64,000 nucleotides of DNA from Nitrospinales bacterium (GCA_965262115.1 OZ253496.1:640001-704000); one strand, 5' to 3'; shown: positions 36,245 through 47,504, numbered from the stretch's first letter. A program made the numbers and translations. Notes: a model not told the origin generated them from the letters alone.

Positions 36245-36979
36245 TTATAGATCACCCCAAAATGACTGCAAAAGAGCCAATGCTACCACAGGGGCCGTTT
36301 CCGCCCGAAGAATCCGAGGCCCCAGACTCACCGTCTGAAATCCGTATCCCCGGGCCTTCTCAATCTCTAGCAAACTGAACCCTCCTTCGGGTCCAGTTAA
36401 GACAGCGACAGAACGCGGTTCTCGATCCAACTTCAAATCTTTAAGGAAACTTTTTTCCTCCATTTCCCAAAAGACCAGTTTAAGATCCTGATAGTTATTT
36501 TTGTGGCAAAAAATTTCCAGGGTTTCAATTTTTTCTGCCACTTGAAGGACTCGAGTTCGACCGCATTGTTTGGAACTTTCCAATGCGATCTTCTTCCAGC
36601 GCTCGATTTTCTTTTCCGCCTGATCTGTTTTTACCACGCATCGCTCAGTGGTTAAAGCGGTGATGGAACACGCTCCCAGTTCCACGGACTTTCTTAAAAT
36701 CACATCAAATTTGTTACCTTTAGTCAAAGCTTGCCCCAAATGAACCGCCAGGGGAGATTCCACATTGAGCTTTTCAGAAGCAATCACTTCTCCCCGAATC
36801 TCTTTCGCCTTAACCTCAATCAACTGAACCGTGAGCAAATTATCCGAATCACTGATAACCTGAATGGATTCTCCCACCTTCAACCTTAAAACGGTTCTGA
36901 TATGGGAGACATCCGATCCGGTAAGAGTCACCCTATCATCGATAATTTGTGCTCCCGGAACAAAAAATTTATGGCTCAT
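36245..36979 (-). CDS. rsmE: 16S rRNA m3U1498 methyltransferase
   Basis: HIRTVLR, GPEGGF, LGPRILRAETA. Confidence 0.95.
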   Translation of the reverse strand: MSHKFFVPGAQIIDDRVTLTGSDVSHIRTVLRLKVGESIQVISDSDNLLTVQLIEVKAKEIRGEVIASEKLNVESPLAVHLGQALTKGNKFDVILRKSVELGACSITALTTERCVVKTDQAEKKIERWKKIALESSKQCGRTRVLQVAEKIETLEIFCHKNNYQDLKLVFWEMEEKSFLKDLKLDREPRSVAVLTGPEGGFSLLEIEKARGYGFQTVSLGPRILRAETAPVVALALLQSFWGDL

Positions 36980-37698
36980 ACTTGAGCCCAATGAATCCGC
37001 AACAAATCTTCCAGGGAAGCTAATTCAAAATCAGGGCAAATATCGGCCTGTTCTTTCCTGCGGTTCAGCCAGGCCGTCTTCATCCCAACCCTATGAGCTC
37101 CAAAAATATCTACGGAAAGGCTGTCGCCGACAAAAAGAATCTCAGAAGGTTGAAACTGAAAACGGCTTATCGCAAGTTGAAAAATGGAGGGGTGCGGCTT
37201 GCGAAATGGAACTTCTGATGAATAAATGGTGAAGTCAAAAAACTTCTTCAAACCTGAGTCCTCCAGTTCTAATTCCTTCATAAAAACCGGATTGGTGGTG
37301 TTGGAAACGATTCCCATGGAAACGCCCCACTGGTTCAATTGTTCGAGAACAGCGACCACCTCGGGGAAGATCACTCTTTCCTGATAGACCTCTTGATAAT
37401 AAACTCGCAGAAGCTCCTGAAGCGGGACCTTTCCTTCCCAGGGAACTTTGAAATAAAAAAGCAGATATTGTAAAACTTCCTCATAACGGGCCTCCCGGTG
37501 GGTCGTCCGGGATAACTCGATCATCGATCTAAACAATTCCCGCGATTTTTCCAGGCATACATCAAAGTCAGGCAAGGCAATTTGTTTTGCCTGAAGACAG
37601 GCAAAAACTTTTTCAAGAGGACGCCGGTCATCCTCTTCCCCCAAGTCCACCAGAGTATGTGCCCAGTCAAAACAAATTGCTTTAAAGGGAAATTCCAT
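36976..37698 (-). CDS. HAD-family hydrolase
   Basis: FDWAHTL (atypical motif I), SN, KPHPSIF, VGDSLSVD. Confidence 0.85.
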   Translation of the reverse strand: MEFPFKAICFDWAHTLVDLGEEDDRRPLEKVFACLQAKQIALPDFDVCLEKSRELFRSMIELSRTTHREARYEEVLQYLLFYFKVPWEGKVPLQELLRVYYQEVYQERVIFPEVVAVLEQLNQWGVSMGIVSNTTNPVFMKELELEDSGLKKFFDFTIYSSEVPFRKPHPSIFQLAISRFQFQPSEILFVGDSLSVDIFGAHRVGMKTAWLNRRKEQADICPDFELASLEDLLRIHWAQV

Positions 37699-37923
37699 TT
37701 CTCACCCGTTGTTGCTGTATTCCAGTCCGTAAAATATGAGAGATCAACATTAACAAATTAAAACCGATAATCCCTTATTAATCAATATTTAAAATGACAA
37801 ATTCGAGGCAGGTTGATTCCCGGAAATTTACCGTGACAACTCCACGAAGTATGTTCTTGACCCTCAACCTCATCCACTAAATAATACCAGTACAAAGAGA
37901 ATAAAGGAACTGCGGAAAAACCC

Positions 37924-38463
37924 ATGACTCCTGAAAACATAAAAGCCCTGCCCGAAAACATTCGTTCGAATCAGGAATTGATTCAGGAAGCGATCCGCTT
38001 AGGTTGTACCAAGGCAAAAGTGATCTTAACAAAAACCATATCCATGGCCCATTGGATGAAACTGCAATGCCAATATGGTTGCTCTCATTATGGATCACTA
38101 CTTACCTGTCCTCCCTACACTCCCAATGCGGAAGAAATGTCAGAAGTCCTTGTCGATTATGACAAGGCCTTGCTCATCAATGCCAGCCCGGGAACAAATG
38201 TCAGAGAAATTGTCGTCCAGTTGGAAAATCTCTTAAAGGAGAAAGGTTTTAACAAAGCTTTCGCTTTATGCGGTCAGCCTTGCGACCTGTGTGAGCCCTG
38301 CACGATTGCTACGCATTGCCAGTTCCCCGATAAAGCCCGGCCCACTATGCAGTCCTGCGGCATCGATGTGAATGAAACCATCCACAATAACGGATGGGAT
38401 GACCTTGGCCCACAGACCCCCTGCGCTCCGACCCATGCTATTGGCATGGTGCTTATAGATTAA
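37924..38463 (+). CDS. Cys-rich metal-binding protein (DUF2284-like)
   Basis: CQYGCSHYG..LTCPP, CDLCEPC, ARPTMQSCGIDV. Confidence 0.8.
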   Translation: MTPENIKALPENIRSNQELIQEAIRLGCTKAKVILTKTISMAHWMKLQCQYGCSHYGSLLTCPPYTPNAEEMSEVLVDYDKALLINASPGTNVREIVVQLENLLKEKGFNKAFALCGQPCDLCEPCTIATHCQFPDKARPTMQSCGIDVNETIHNNGWDDLGPQTPCAPTHAIGMVLID

Positions 38464-38510
38464 GAACCGTCTATAATACCCCCACTCAATCATCTTATTT
38501 TTAAATTCCC

Positions 38511-39677
38511 GTGGGTTATCGTTACGCAATCATTGGAACAGGCCGTCAGGGTCTCTCTACCGCATATGATCTGGCCCGGTTTGGCTCTGCCGAGAAAATC
38601 CTTCTCTGCGATCTCAATTTGGAAACCGCAGAGAAGGGAGCCGAAAAACTACGCACCCTGCTTTCACAAGACCTATTCCGCCCGATCCAATTGGATGCAG
38701 GAAACCCTGACCAACTCCGTCAAACATTAAAAGAAATCGACTCGGCCATCAGCGCGGTCCCCTTCACCTTCAACCTAGGAATCACTCAGGCTGCAATCGA
38801 TAGCAAAACCAACCTGTGCGATCTGGGCGGACACACCGAGACTGTTCTCAAACAATTGGCTCTTGATGAAACCGTAAAATCTTCAGGCATCACCGTTGTT
38901 CCAGACTGCGGCATGGGACCGGGACTCAATATCTCCCTTGGGGTTCTGGCCATGAGCTTCGTGGAAAAGCCCGTCAACCTGTTTATCTGGGATGGCGGCC
39001 TGCCGCTCAATCCGACTCCTCCCTGGAACTATATTTCCACATTCAACATGAATGGTTTGACCAACGAATATGAGGGGCCGGCCTGGTTCATTCTGGATGG
39101 CAAGCCGACACAAGTCCCTTGCCTCAGCGAAGTGGAAGAGTTGGACTTTCCTGCCCCGTTAGGGCGTTTGGAAGCGGCGGTAACTGCAGGTGGGCTATCC
39201 ACCGCTCCCTGGACATTTGCGGACAAACTTCAGCGCCTGGAAAACAAAACCTTGCGCTTCCCAGGCCACTGGCAAACATTTTGAGCCTTCCAGCAACTGG
39301 GTTTATTTGAGCAAAATCCTGTCACGCTCAAAGCAGAAAACTTTATTCCCAGAGAAATTTTTCACGCTCTGCTACAACCTAAAATCTCCAGCGACCTTGT
39401 CCGCGATATCTGCGTCATCCGGGCGCGATGCGAGGGAGAAACCGATGGGAAAAAAGCCATCTGCACTCTGGACCTTTGTGAGACCTACGATGCCAGTTTC
39501 ACCGCCATGGAAAAATTTACCGGTTGGCACGCCAGCATGGTCACCATTCTTTCTGCCCAAAAAAAACTGCCAGAAGGGGCCGTTCCTATCGAAACTGCCT
39601 TATCCGCTGAGTTATTGATAGAAGAGGCCAAAAAAAGAGACTGGGCTATAAAAAATAACACTCTACAGGAAGCATAA
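38511..39677 (+). pseudogene. saccharopine dehydrogenase-like, premature stop
   Basis: GTGRQG, CDLGG, PDCGMGPG, KTLRFPGH; TGA at 39282-39284, same frame stays open to 39677. Confidence 0.8.
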
Positions 39678-39784
39678 ACAGGCTAAAAAAAATATTTGTC
39701 CAAACCACTATCTTTAGGTTTACAAGTAATGAAAATTATAATACTATCCTAAGTAATACCCCTTAGGTATTAAGGAGAGAGTTT

Positions 39785-40157
39785 ATGGATACCATTCGTT
39801 CTCAAATGACCACACCGGAGTATTTATTCTGAAGCCACTGCCCAGGAAGCCGCTCAGTTAATGAAAGAAAAGGAAATCGGTTCCCTGCTCGTCGAGGGTT
39901 GCCAAGGTTATGTCGGTATTCTGGCAGAGCGCGACTTGGTATACAGATTGGTCCGTGAAGGCTTGGATCCGAAGACCACCACTCTCTCTTCAATCATGGA
40001 AGAGTCCATTCTATCCATTGACCAGGATGCATCCACCTCCGACGCATCTTTCCTGATGAAGGAATACAATATTAGCCATCTCACCGTGACGGCAGATGAT
40101 AAAATCGCAGGAATTCTTTCCCTTAGAGATTTAGCCTACCAGAAGCAACCTGTTTAA
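39785..40157 (+). pseudogene. CBS-pair protein with 5' frameshift (or shorter intact ORF 39861-40157)
   Basis: AAGGAG + ATG 39785 is out of frame with EAAQLMKEKEIGSLLV. Confidence 0.65.
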
Positions 40158-40161
40158 TGTT

Positions 40162-41403
40162 TTAACGGTTTCCCGAAGGCCAGGACTGCACTCTACCCCG
40201 ACCCGCAAGACCATCCAATTCCTGAAGTTCTTTACCGCTAATCCCTAAAAAATAAAGGATTAATTTTAAGTCGGACTGATTAATACTGGCCCGTGCCTGA
40301 CGTTGCACAATGGGCTTGGCGTTGAATGCGATTCCCAGTCCAGCCCGTGCCAGCATTTTAATATCGTTGGCACCATCCCCCACAGCAACCACTTGGCGCA
40401 GGGAGAATCCTTCCTTTTTCGCCAGAGAAACCAAGGTTTTTTCCTTGGCCTCGGCATCGATGATTTGCCCCTCCAGTTCCCCAGAAACTTTACCATTTTC
40501 TATCTTCAACTGGTTGGCGATGCCATAATCCAAGTTATAGCTATCGCGAATCTTGTCGATAAAAAACTGGAACCCCCCACTGACCAGGGCAATTTTATAA
40601 CCCAGGTACTTCAAAATATTGACCAAGGATTCCGCCCCCGGTGTCAGGGGTAAAGAATTGGACAATTGGTGCAAGCTCTCTATCGGAAGACCTTTTAAAA
40701 GTTTCACCCTTTTCAATAAAGCCGATTTGAAATCGATTTCTCCATTCACTGCCTGAACGGTAATTGCCGCTATTTCCTTCCCTACCCCCGCAAGCTTTCC
40801 CAGTTCATCAATGACTTCACATTGCAGGAAGGTCATATCGGCATCCAGCACAATCAATCTTTTGTTGCGCCGGAAATAAGTCTCCTCCTGCACAGCAATG
40901 TCGACCCCATAATTTTCCTTGAACTTCACCAGAGCGTTCAACACTTCCTCCGATGAGTGGGCCTCGCGGGTTCCGATAACAAACTCCAAGGCGTGGACAT
41001 CCCCCGAATCCAATTGTTCAATACGCAAAATGTTAATATCGAGTTCGGCAAATATCCGGGTGATTTCCAGGAATCCGGAGGATGGCATGGAGTCACAGAG
41101 CAGGGTCACCACCGAACGGTGACCATAGGCAGCATCCGGCCGAGTCGCCGTTTCCCAAGGATAGACGGTAGCTTTGAAATTCATTTTCTCCGCATAGACA
41201 GATAATGCCTCACGAAGCGGCAAAACGCGGCTCTCATCACAACCATCAAGTAGAATGGAAAGATTGAGCAGTCCATTGAAGACAAATTGCTTGATATCTA
41301 CCACATTCCAACCGGCCTGAACAATGAACTCCAGGGATTCAGCTAGAATTCCAGGCCGGTCCTGCGCTGAAATATGAATGTGTAATTGGCTGGAAGGAGA
41401 CAT
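40162..41403 (-). CDS. serB: phosphoserine phosphatase with ACT domains
   Basis: DRPGI, LDADMT, VSGGF, GDGAND. Confidence 0.93.
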   Translation of the reverse strand: MSPSSQLHIHISAQDRPGILAESLEFIVQAGWNVVDIKQFVFNGLLNLSILLDGCDESRVLPLREALSVYAEKMNFKATVYPWETATRPDAAYGHRSVVTLLCDSMPSSGFLEITRIFAELDINILRIEQLDSGDVHALEFVIGTREAHSSEEVLNALVKFKENYGVDIAVQEETYFRRNKRLIVLDADMTFLQCEVIDELGKLAGVGKEIAAITVQAVNGEIDFKSALLKRVKLLKGLPIESLHQLSNSLPLTPGAESLVNILKYLGYKIALVSGGFQFFIDKIRDSYNLDYGIANQLKIENGKVSGELEGQIIDAEAKEKTLVSLAKKEGFSLRQVVAVGDGANDIKMLARAGLGIAFNAKPIVQRQARASINQSDLKLILYFLGISGKELQELDGLAGRGRVQSWPSGNR

Positions 41404-41406
41404 GAG

Positions 41407-41865
41407 TCAGACTTGCGGCTTGTAACGCCACCCTTCCCTTTTTTTGCAGGTCCAGACTTCATGAACTTGAAAGGTAGCCAGATTCACCAACGTTTCAGAG
41501 TTGAACAAATAAATAATTCCCTCTCCATCAATGGAGTTCCCTTTTAAATGCAAGCGCTTGAGTTTACCCAGATGCTTGGCGTTGGCGAGGAATTTCAAAC
41601 CTTCATCGCTGACGCTGTTCTGATTGAGATTCAAATACTGGACGTTTTCCAAAAATTCGCATTCGACCAGACCCTGAACTCCCTCATCCCCCAAGTTGTT
41701 ATCATCCAAGTCCAGCCAACTGACTTCCTGCATTCTCGGCGTCTGCCACAATAACCGCGCCTCTTCAGCGCTAAGCCCCTTACCGCTCAGCATCAGTTGA
41801 TTGCCGCGTAAGCGACCCTCAAAAATCTCATCAACACTCTTAAATCTGCAATTCTCGTTCATCAT
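41407..41865 (-). CDS. leucine-rich repeat protein
   Basis: LDLDDNNLGDEG, LNLNQNSVSDEG, LHLKGNSIDGEG. Confidence 0.85.
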   Translation of the reverse strand: MMNENCRFKSVDEIFEGRLRGNQLMLSGKGLSAEEARLLWQTPRMQEVSWLDLDDNNLGDEGVQGLVECEFLENVQYLNLNQNSVSDEGLKFLANAKHLGKLKRLHLKGNSIDGEGIIYLFNSETLVNLATFQVHEVWTCKKREGWRYKPQV

Positions 41866-41932
41866 TCTTCCTTAATTAAAGCTATGGGTGTTTTCTATAT
41901 CATGAAGCACACAGCCTGCCAATTCATTTTTT

Positions 41933-42030
41933 GCGGAGTGCCTCCGCCTGCAAATTGCAATGTCTTTATTTTGCCGGCAAACGTCCTTTTAGCTCAAAGA
42001 GCTATTGCTCACTGGCCCTACGCCTGGTAG
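41933..42030 (-). repeat. diverged single copy of the ~100-bp repeat
   Basis: gcggagtgcctccgc ... tagctcaaagagctattgctcactggccctacgcctggtag resembles the units at 48263-48575. Confidence 0.7.
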
Positions 42031-43279
42031 GAATATATTTTCGATCCTTTAAAGGTTTTGGCAGGTATTCCTGCTCTACAATGGCGTCTGGGTAATTATG
42101 TGGATATTTATAGTCCACGCCATATCCATATTTGGATTTGGCGTCTTTATAATGCGTGTCTTTCAAATGATCCGGAACGGGATAAGACAATCCCTTTTTA
42201 TGGATATCGTCCAAAGCCTGATCGATAGCCACAATCGCCGAGTTATCCTTGGGCGCCCGAGCCACATAGATCACCGCCTGGGCAAGGGGAATACGGGCTT
42301 CAGGAAACCCCAGTTTTTCCACCGCCGTCGCAACCGCTTGCACCAGTATAAAGGCTTGCGGGTCTGCATTGCCCACATCCTCGGCTGCCGTAACCAGCAG
42401 TCGCCGCACAATGAAACGCGGGTCTTCCCCACCCGCAATCATTTTTGCCAACCAATATAACGCCGCATCGGCATCGGAACCACGCAGACTTTTCTGGAAT
42501 GCGGATGCATGGTCGTAGTGCTCGGTGCCTTTTTTATCGTAGAGGGTGGCGTCCTGTTGAATGATCCCCTCAACAATTTTTAAATTGACCTGCTTTTTTT
42601 CTCGCTTGGCGACCACATCATGCGCCGCCTCCAGCACATTAAGAGCACGGTGGGCGTCACCATTGGCATGGCTGACCATCATATCCATCGCCTCTGCAGA
42701 AATTTCAAGTCCGGATTCCCCCAATCCTTTTTCTTTGTCCGCCAAAGCCTGCTCCAGAATATCTCTGATCTGTTCGCGCTCTAAAGGTTCCAGGCGAAAA
42801 GTCTGGCATCGCGAACGAAGTGCCGGAATCACCTCAAAGGAAGGGTTTTCCGTGGTACTTCCGATCAGGCGAACCGTTCCATTCTCGATATGAGGCAGAA
42901 CGGCATCCTGCTGGGCCTTGTTGAACCGGTGAATTTCATCGATGAACAATACCGTTCCCATTTGCCTGGACTTCCAGGTTTGACGGGCACCTTCAATGAT
43001 CTTGCGGATATCGGCCACCCCAGCATTCACCGCGCTGATCTCATGAAACTCACTCTCGGTCAACCGCGCCGCAATCCGTGCCAAGGTTGTTTTACCCGTA
43101 CCCGGCGGCCCCCATAAGATGAAGGACAACTTTGAACCAGACTCCATCAAATCTCTCAATGGCAGACCTTCCCCAACCAAATGTTCCTGCCCGGCAAACC
43201 TTTCCCAGCTTTCAGGACGAAGGCGGTCCGCCAGAGGCGGGACGGGCATTTCATAATCCTGGAACAATTCCATGACCAC
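42002..43279 (-). CDS. rarA: replication-associated recombination protein A
   Basis: PLADRLRP, GPPGTGKTT, DEIHRFNKAQQD, SAFQKSLRGSD. Confidence 0.95.
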   Translation of the reverse strand: MVMELFQDYEMPVPPLADRLRPESWERFAGQEHLVGEGLPLRDLMESGSKLSFILWGPPGTGKTTLARIAARLTESEFHEISAVNAGVADIRKIIEGARQTWKSRQMGTVLFIDEIHRFNKAQQDAVLPHIENGTVRLIGSTTENPSFEVIPALRSRCQTFRLEPLEREQIRDILEQALADKEKGLGESGLEISAEAMDMMVSHANGDAHRALNVLEAAHDVVAKREKKQVNLKIVEGIIQQDATLYDKKGTEHYDHASAFQKSLRGSDADAALYWLAKMIAGGEDPRFIVRRLLVTAAEDVGNADPQAFILVQAVATAVEKLGFPEARIPLAQAVIYVARAPKDNSAIVAIDQALDDIHKKGLSYPVPDHLKDTHYKDAKSKYGYGVDYKYPHNYPDAIVEQEYLPKPLKDRKYIPTRRRASEQ

Positions 43280-43287
43280 TCTTTAAA

Positions 43288-44970
43288 TTAAAAATCCCTG
43301 GCGTTTAGGGAACGGATTCCCAACCGCAATGGGATGTGGGCGATGGCCCAGGTGAGAATAAAAATCAGTGCGTAACAAACAGGAACTTCCAACCCACCGA
43401 TGGACTTAAATAGAAACTTCGCGTTCAAATGGACATAAAGCGGACGGGCCCCCAACATTAACATCAAGCCGATATAACTCAATGCTAAAATCATAAACAA
43501 CACGCCGCCGGCGCTGGACGAAATTTCCGAAATATTTTCATGGTCAAATTTGGGGTACAGAGTGCCGAGTCCCAACCCCAGGCTGGTCAACCCCAAAGTT
43601 AACAGAAACACTCCTATAATAGAAAGCCTCATCACATAGGCATCCACCTCCAGCAACTGGTTCGACACCACAACCAGCAATTCTGCAATGAATAAAAGGG
43701 GCGGGAAAAACATCCAGAACTTGCCGGCCAAAAATTTCTGCATGGTCACCGGTAGGGTATAAATCAACCAGAAACATTTGCCTTCCACACTAGCTGACGT
43801 GAACACGAATCGGGATATCAGGGCCGCCATGACAAACCCAACCAAACCAATATTCAAAAGCGAAACCACATCCCGCAAAACTTTGTTATCCAAAGGAAGA
43901 TGCATGATATTAAAAATATAAACACACACCAGAGCGAATAATATAAAGAGTTGGGACCATTGCTCGGGATCGCGAACAAAAATTTTAATATCCTTACTCA
44001 ACAAAGCCCTGGCAGGGGCAGACAGGGGCAGACGTTGAATGAAGCTTTTTCTTTTAGCCGCCAGATCGCCTCCCTCCAAAGGACTGCTACGGACTTCCTG
44101 AACCAGGCACCACCCCTCAAAATAGATGCGCGAACCCACCCACAAAAGCAAAGCGAATAATCCACCCGTCATCCCCCACAAGGCTAAAGTCTGCTTGAAT
44201 GGCATTTCTCTTTGTCCCTCGACCCAGCCTGCAAGTCCTCGGGTTATCCAGTTGCTAGGAAGAAATGGGTGATCGGGAGCCTTGAGGCTAGCAACAAATG
44301 CCATGATCTGTTCATCCGAGACATCCTGACCAAAAAATTTATCCTGCGATAAAAATCGTAAATACACCACCACTCCTACCAGAAAAAACAAACCCAGAAA
44401 CGTCAATATCTGATGCGTTTTGTGAGTGGGATAAAATTTCATCAGCACCATAATGCCCAAAACAGCGAGCAGACAGGGAATGGCTATGAAAGGAAGCAGG
44501 TTGCAGACCAGATACAGGTAATAGTCCCACGAAACTTTAAAGTACGAACCATATGCGGTGAACATGGGCAGGGAGAATAATAAAACCATCCAGGAACTGT
44601 TTGTCAGACATTGGAAGTAACGGGCCGTGACCACCGACTGGATGGAAATCGGCAAGGAATGGAGCATTTCCAGATCACGGGATAAGTAGTAGACGGAGAG
44701 GGAAACGATCAGACTGGAAAATAAAACCATCACAAACAAAGTGATGAACACCAGGTTGACCAGTTGCACGATCAACTCATCGCCCAGCCTGAAAGGCAAC
44801 CCATCCAGATAGCGGATCACCCGGTGAAAAAACCAGTAATCGCCGATCACAAACAGCGTCCCCAACGTCAAAATAGAAAGTGGGCGCACGACCTTTTTCA
44901 TTCCAAAACATTTAAAACTGTTAGCAAGAGCTTTCAGCCTGTACTTTAAAAGAAGGCTGCTCCCCATCAT
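43288..44970 (-). CDS. putative ABC-2-type permease, polytopic membrane protein
   Basis: many TM segments; KDIKIFVRDP.QWSQ; ATGA overlap with the upstream gene. Confidence 0.75.
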   Translation of the reverse strand: MMGSSLLLKYRLKALANSFKCFGMKKVVRPLSILTLGTLFVIGDYWFFHRVIRYLDGLPFRLGDELIVQLVNLVFITLFVMVLFSSLIVSLSVYYLSRDLEMLHSLPISIQSVVTARYFQCLTNSSWMVLLFSLPMFTAYGSYFKVSWDYYLYLVCNLLPFIAIPCLLAVLGIMVLMKFYPTHKTHQILTFLGLFFLVGVVVYLRFLSQDKFFGQDVSDEQIMAFVASLKAPDHPFLPSNWITRGLAGWVEGQREMPFKQTLALWGMTGGLFALLLWVGSRIYFEGWCLVQEVRSSPLEGGDLAAKRKSFIQRLPLSAPARALLSKDIKIFVRDPEQWSQLFILFALVCVYIFNIMHLPLDNKVLRDVVSLLNIGLVGFVMAALISRFVFTSASVEGKCFWLIYTLPVTMQKFLAGKFWMFFPPLLFIAELLVVVSNQLLEVDAYVMRLSIIGVFLLTLGLTSLGLGLGTLYPKFDHENISEISSSAGGVLFMILALSYIGLMLMLGARPLYVHLNAKFLFKSIGGLEVPVCYALIFILTWAIAHIPLRLGIRSLNARDF

Positions 44971-45965
44971 GGCCTGTCTCCGTGCAATTGCCGAATCCAT
45001 TCCAACACGGCATAGTCCATCCACCGCCGGTCACCATGAGGAGTGACATGTCTGGCGATATATCCCATATGGCCACCGCTATCCGGTTTACATAACGTCA
45101 CCTTTTCACTCATCACAACCTGATCAAACAAATTACCGGGGACAAAGGGATCGTCCTTAGCAGACAAAATGGCAGTGGGGGTTTTGATTCCCTTTAAATA
45201 ATTCCGGGAGCTGGATCGGTCATAATAATCATCGACATCTTTGAATCCACCCGCAGGAGCTGTATAGGTGACATCGAAATCCCAAATCGTTTTCAAGTTT
45301 TTGAGCGGACTCAAAGCAGAGGGAAACTGTTTGACCAGAGCCGCAGCCTGATTACGAATCAATTTCATATAATACTGGTTGAATAGCGCACAACTCCATT
45401 TTCTCGATATGATGGCGCTTGCAACCCTCAAGTCAACAGGCGGATTTATGGCGAGAGCCCCTAAAATATTTTCTGAAATCTTTCGCCCTTCCCCAAGATA
45501 CTTTAGAAGGACATTGCCGCTCAAAGAAAAACCGACGGGCACCAGGGACTTTTCCGGACAGCGTTGAAGCACAAATTCGATCATTTTTTCCAGATCATCG
45601 CTGGAGCCCCCATGCCACATCCGCGGACTCAACCCCATACCCGGCCCACAACCGGGTTGATTGATCAGGAACACCCCATAACCCCGCATCCAGAGTTTGG
45701 TGGAAATCCGTTTCATATAACTGGACTCGGAACACCCCCCCATGCCATGCGCCAGCAAAACAATAGGTAGGGTTTCATCTTTGGCCTCAATTTCGTACAG
45801 GATAGCCCTGCCCTGTCCATCCAAGTGCAATTCATGCTGGATTCGAGCAGGCTGGGGCAACACCTTGTCCCTGAGTTGGGACCCAGCTATGGTCTGGGCA
45901 ACGCCTCCCTGTACTCCCCAATGCGCTTCAAATGGTTCCATAAACTGATTGAATTTCAAGCTCAC
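44967..45965 (-). CDS. YheT-like alpha/beta hydrolase
   Basis: HGMGG, GFSLSGN, DDPFVP, GGHMG. Confidence 0.88.
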   Translation of the reverse strand: MSLKFNQFMEPFEAHWGVQGGVAQTIAGSQLRDKVLPQPARIQHELHLDGQGRAILYEIEAKDETLPIVLLAHGMGGCSESSYMKRISTKLWMRGYGVFLINQPGCGPGMGLSPRMWHGGSSDDLEKMIEFVLQRCPEKSLVPVGFSLSGNVLLKYLGEGRKISENILGALAINPPVDLRVASAIISRKWSCALFNQYYMKLIRNQAAALVKQFPSALSPLKNLKTIWDFDVTYTAPAGGFKDVDDYYDRSSSRNYLKGIKTPTAILSAKDDPFVPGNLFDQVVMSEKVTLCKPDSGGHMGYIARHVTPHGDRRWMDYAVLEWIRQLHGDRP

Positions 45966-46063
45966 TGCCTTTCAAAATTAAGGGCACTCAAATGCAACTC
46001 GATGGAATTTTTAAACCCCTGCGAGTATCTAACAGAGGCATCAGGGCCATTGAAAACCCTAAG

Positions 46064-46092
46064 TTGACACCCCACTTAACTATTGTTACATT
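46064..46092 (+). promoter_or_regulatory. sigma70-like promoter
   Basis: TTGACA-17-TACATT upstream of 46125. Confidence 0.55.
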
Positions 46093-46124
46093 GCAAGATT
46101 CAACTTTTATGACATATTAGCAAA

Positions 46125-47504
46125 GTGAAAACTATTAAATCCCCTAAAAAATCCAACCTGGGTTTCATGGTTGTCGGCTTGATCCTTTTACTGGCCTGTC
46201 CGGCGGTTTTTGCAGCTCCCAATAAGGAAGCGGATACCCTCTATCAAAAAGCGCTGAAACTGAGCCAACAAAAGAAATGGCATCAAGCCCTAGCTGAATT
46301 CGAAAAAGCTTCCGAACTTGCGCCGCAGGATAGTCTGATTCACGCAAACCTTGGCGTTGCCTTCAGTCAGACGGGAATGCACAAGGACGCCCTGCTCTCT
46401 TTTGAAAAAGCATTGCGACTGGGGTACGACTCTCCCGGCCTGCGCTACAACCGAGGTGTTTCCTTTGCCCGTGTTAAATTGCTCGATGAAGCCATCGAAG
46501 AACTGGAAAAAGCCCTGAGCATGGACCGCAGAATGGTGAAAGCGGAATATGACCTTGGGGTTTTATACAATTTGCAGGGAAAACGCGAGAAAGCTCTGGA
46601 AAAAGTTGACACTTTGTTCAAGCGAAACAACAAGCTTGCAAAAAAACTGTTCGACCAGATTGGCTCCTCTTACACCGTCGTTAATGTAGACAATGGAGGA
46701 ACATTAAAAGGCCGTGTCACACTTTCCGGCCAGGTTCCCAGAGTCCGCTCCTTCCACTTGATCCACGCCCCGAACATCGAGTTCTGCGCGAGGATATCCG
46801 ATGGCAGAGGTCACCGCCTATTGTTCGACTTCACCGTTTCAAAAAGCCGGGGACTGAAAGATACCGTCATCCATCTGGCGAAGGTTGAAAAAGGAAAACC
46901 GTTTTCGCCCAAGATGCAAACATTTCTCATCGAACGTTGTCGAGCCAACAAATATGTCATCGGCGCGAAAAACGGTGAAAACATAATGGTGGAAAACACA
47001 GACCCCATCCAGCATGAAATCGCCATCTATGAAATCCGCAATATTTATTCAGATCAGACCAGCAACCGGCCAGTACCGCCTAAATCCAGCCAGGTTCGCA
47101 GTATCTTTGCACGCAAAGACGCGGAAAACTTCATCATAAAATGCAATCTCCATCCGTTCCTTCAGACGCATGCGTATCTGGTACAAAACCCCTATTACAC
47201 CGTGTCCGATTCAGAAGGCATCTTCAGCATCGAGAACATTCCACCCGGCACCTATGAGGTGGTCGCCTGGCATCCTTTTATTGCAGCACAAAGAGGGACC
47301 ATCACCATTCCCGAAAAGGGTGAAGCCAGTTTGGATTTCGATTTTAAAGGGGAAGATGAAAAAAGGAAGCTCTATCAGGACGATATTGAAGGCTATCGCT
47401 TCAACACCTGGTTCGATAGCAAAGAAAAATTTTATGGCGGAAAAAGAGTTGATGACCCGGTAGAAGAGTTACAGGCCTTTTGTGATGATGACCATCTTTG
47501 CTGA
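46125..47504 (+). CDS. secreted TPR + carboxypeptidase-regulatory-like protein
   Basis: signal peptide, TPRs, CNLHPF, IPPGTYEVVAWH; paralogous to 61784-62641. Confidence 0.8.
   Translation: MKTIKSPKKSNLGFMVVGLILLLACPAVFAAPNKEADTLYQKALKLSQQKKWHQALAEFEKASELAPQDSLIHANLGVAFSQTGMHKDALLSFEKALRLGYDSPGLRYNRGVSFARVKLLDEAIEELEKALSMDRRMVKAEYDLGVLYNLQGKREKALEKVDTLFKRNNKLAKKLFDQIGSSYTVVNVDNGGTLKGRVTLSGQVPRVRSFHLIHAPNIEFCARISDGRGHRLLFDFTVSKSRGLKDTVIHLAKVEKGKPFSPKMQTFLIERCRANKYVIGAKNGENIMVENTDPIQHEIAIYEIRNIYSDQTSNRPVPPKSSQVRSIFARKDAENFIIKCNLHPFLQTHAYLVQNPYYTVSDSEGIFSIENIPPGTYEVVAWHPFIAAQRGTITIPEKGEASLDFDFKGEDEKRKLYQDDIEGYRFNTWFDSKEKFYGGKRVDDPVEELQAFCDDDHLC

Noticed and set aside
39282..39284. Selenocysteine or readthrough at the in-frame TGA
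   Set aside because: Not an evident catalytic Cys position and no SECIS-like hairpin seen; a CGA to TGA mutation is simpler.
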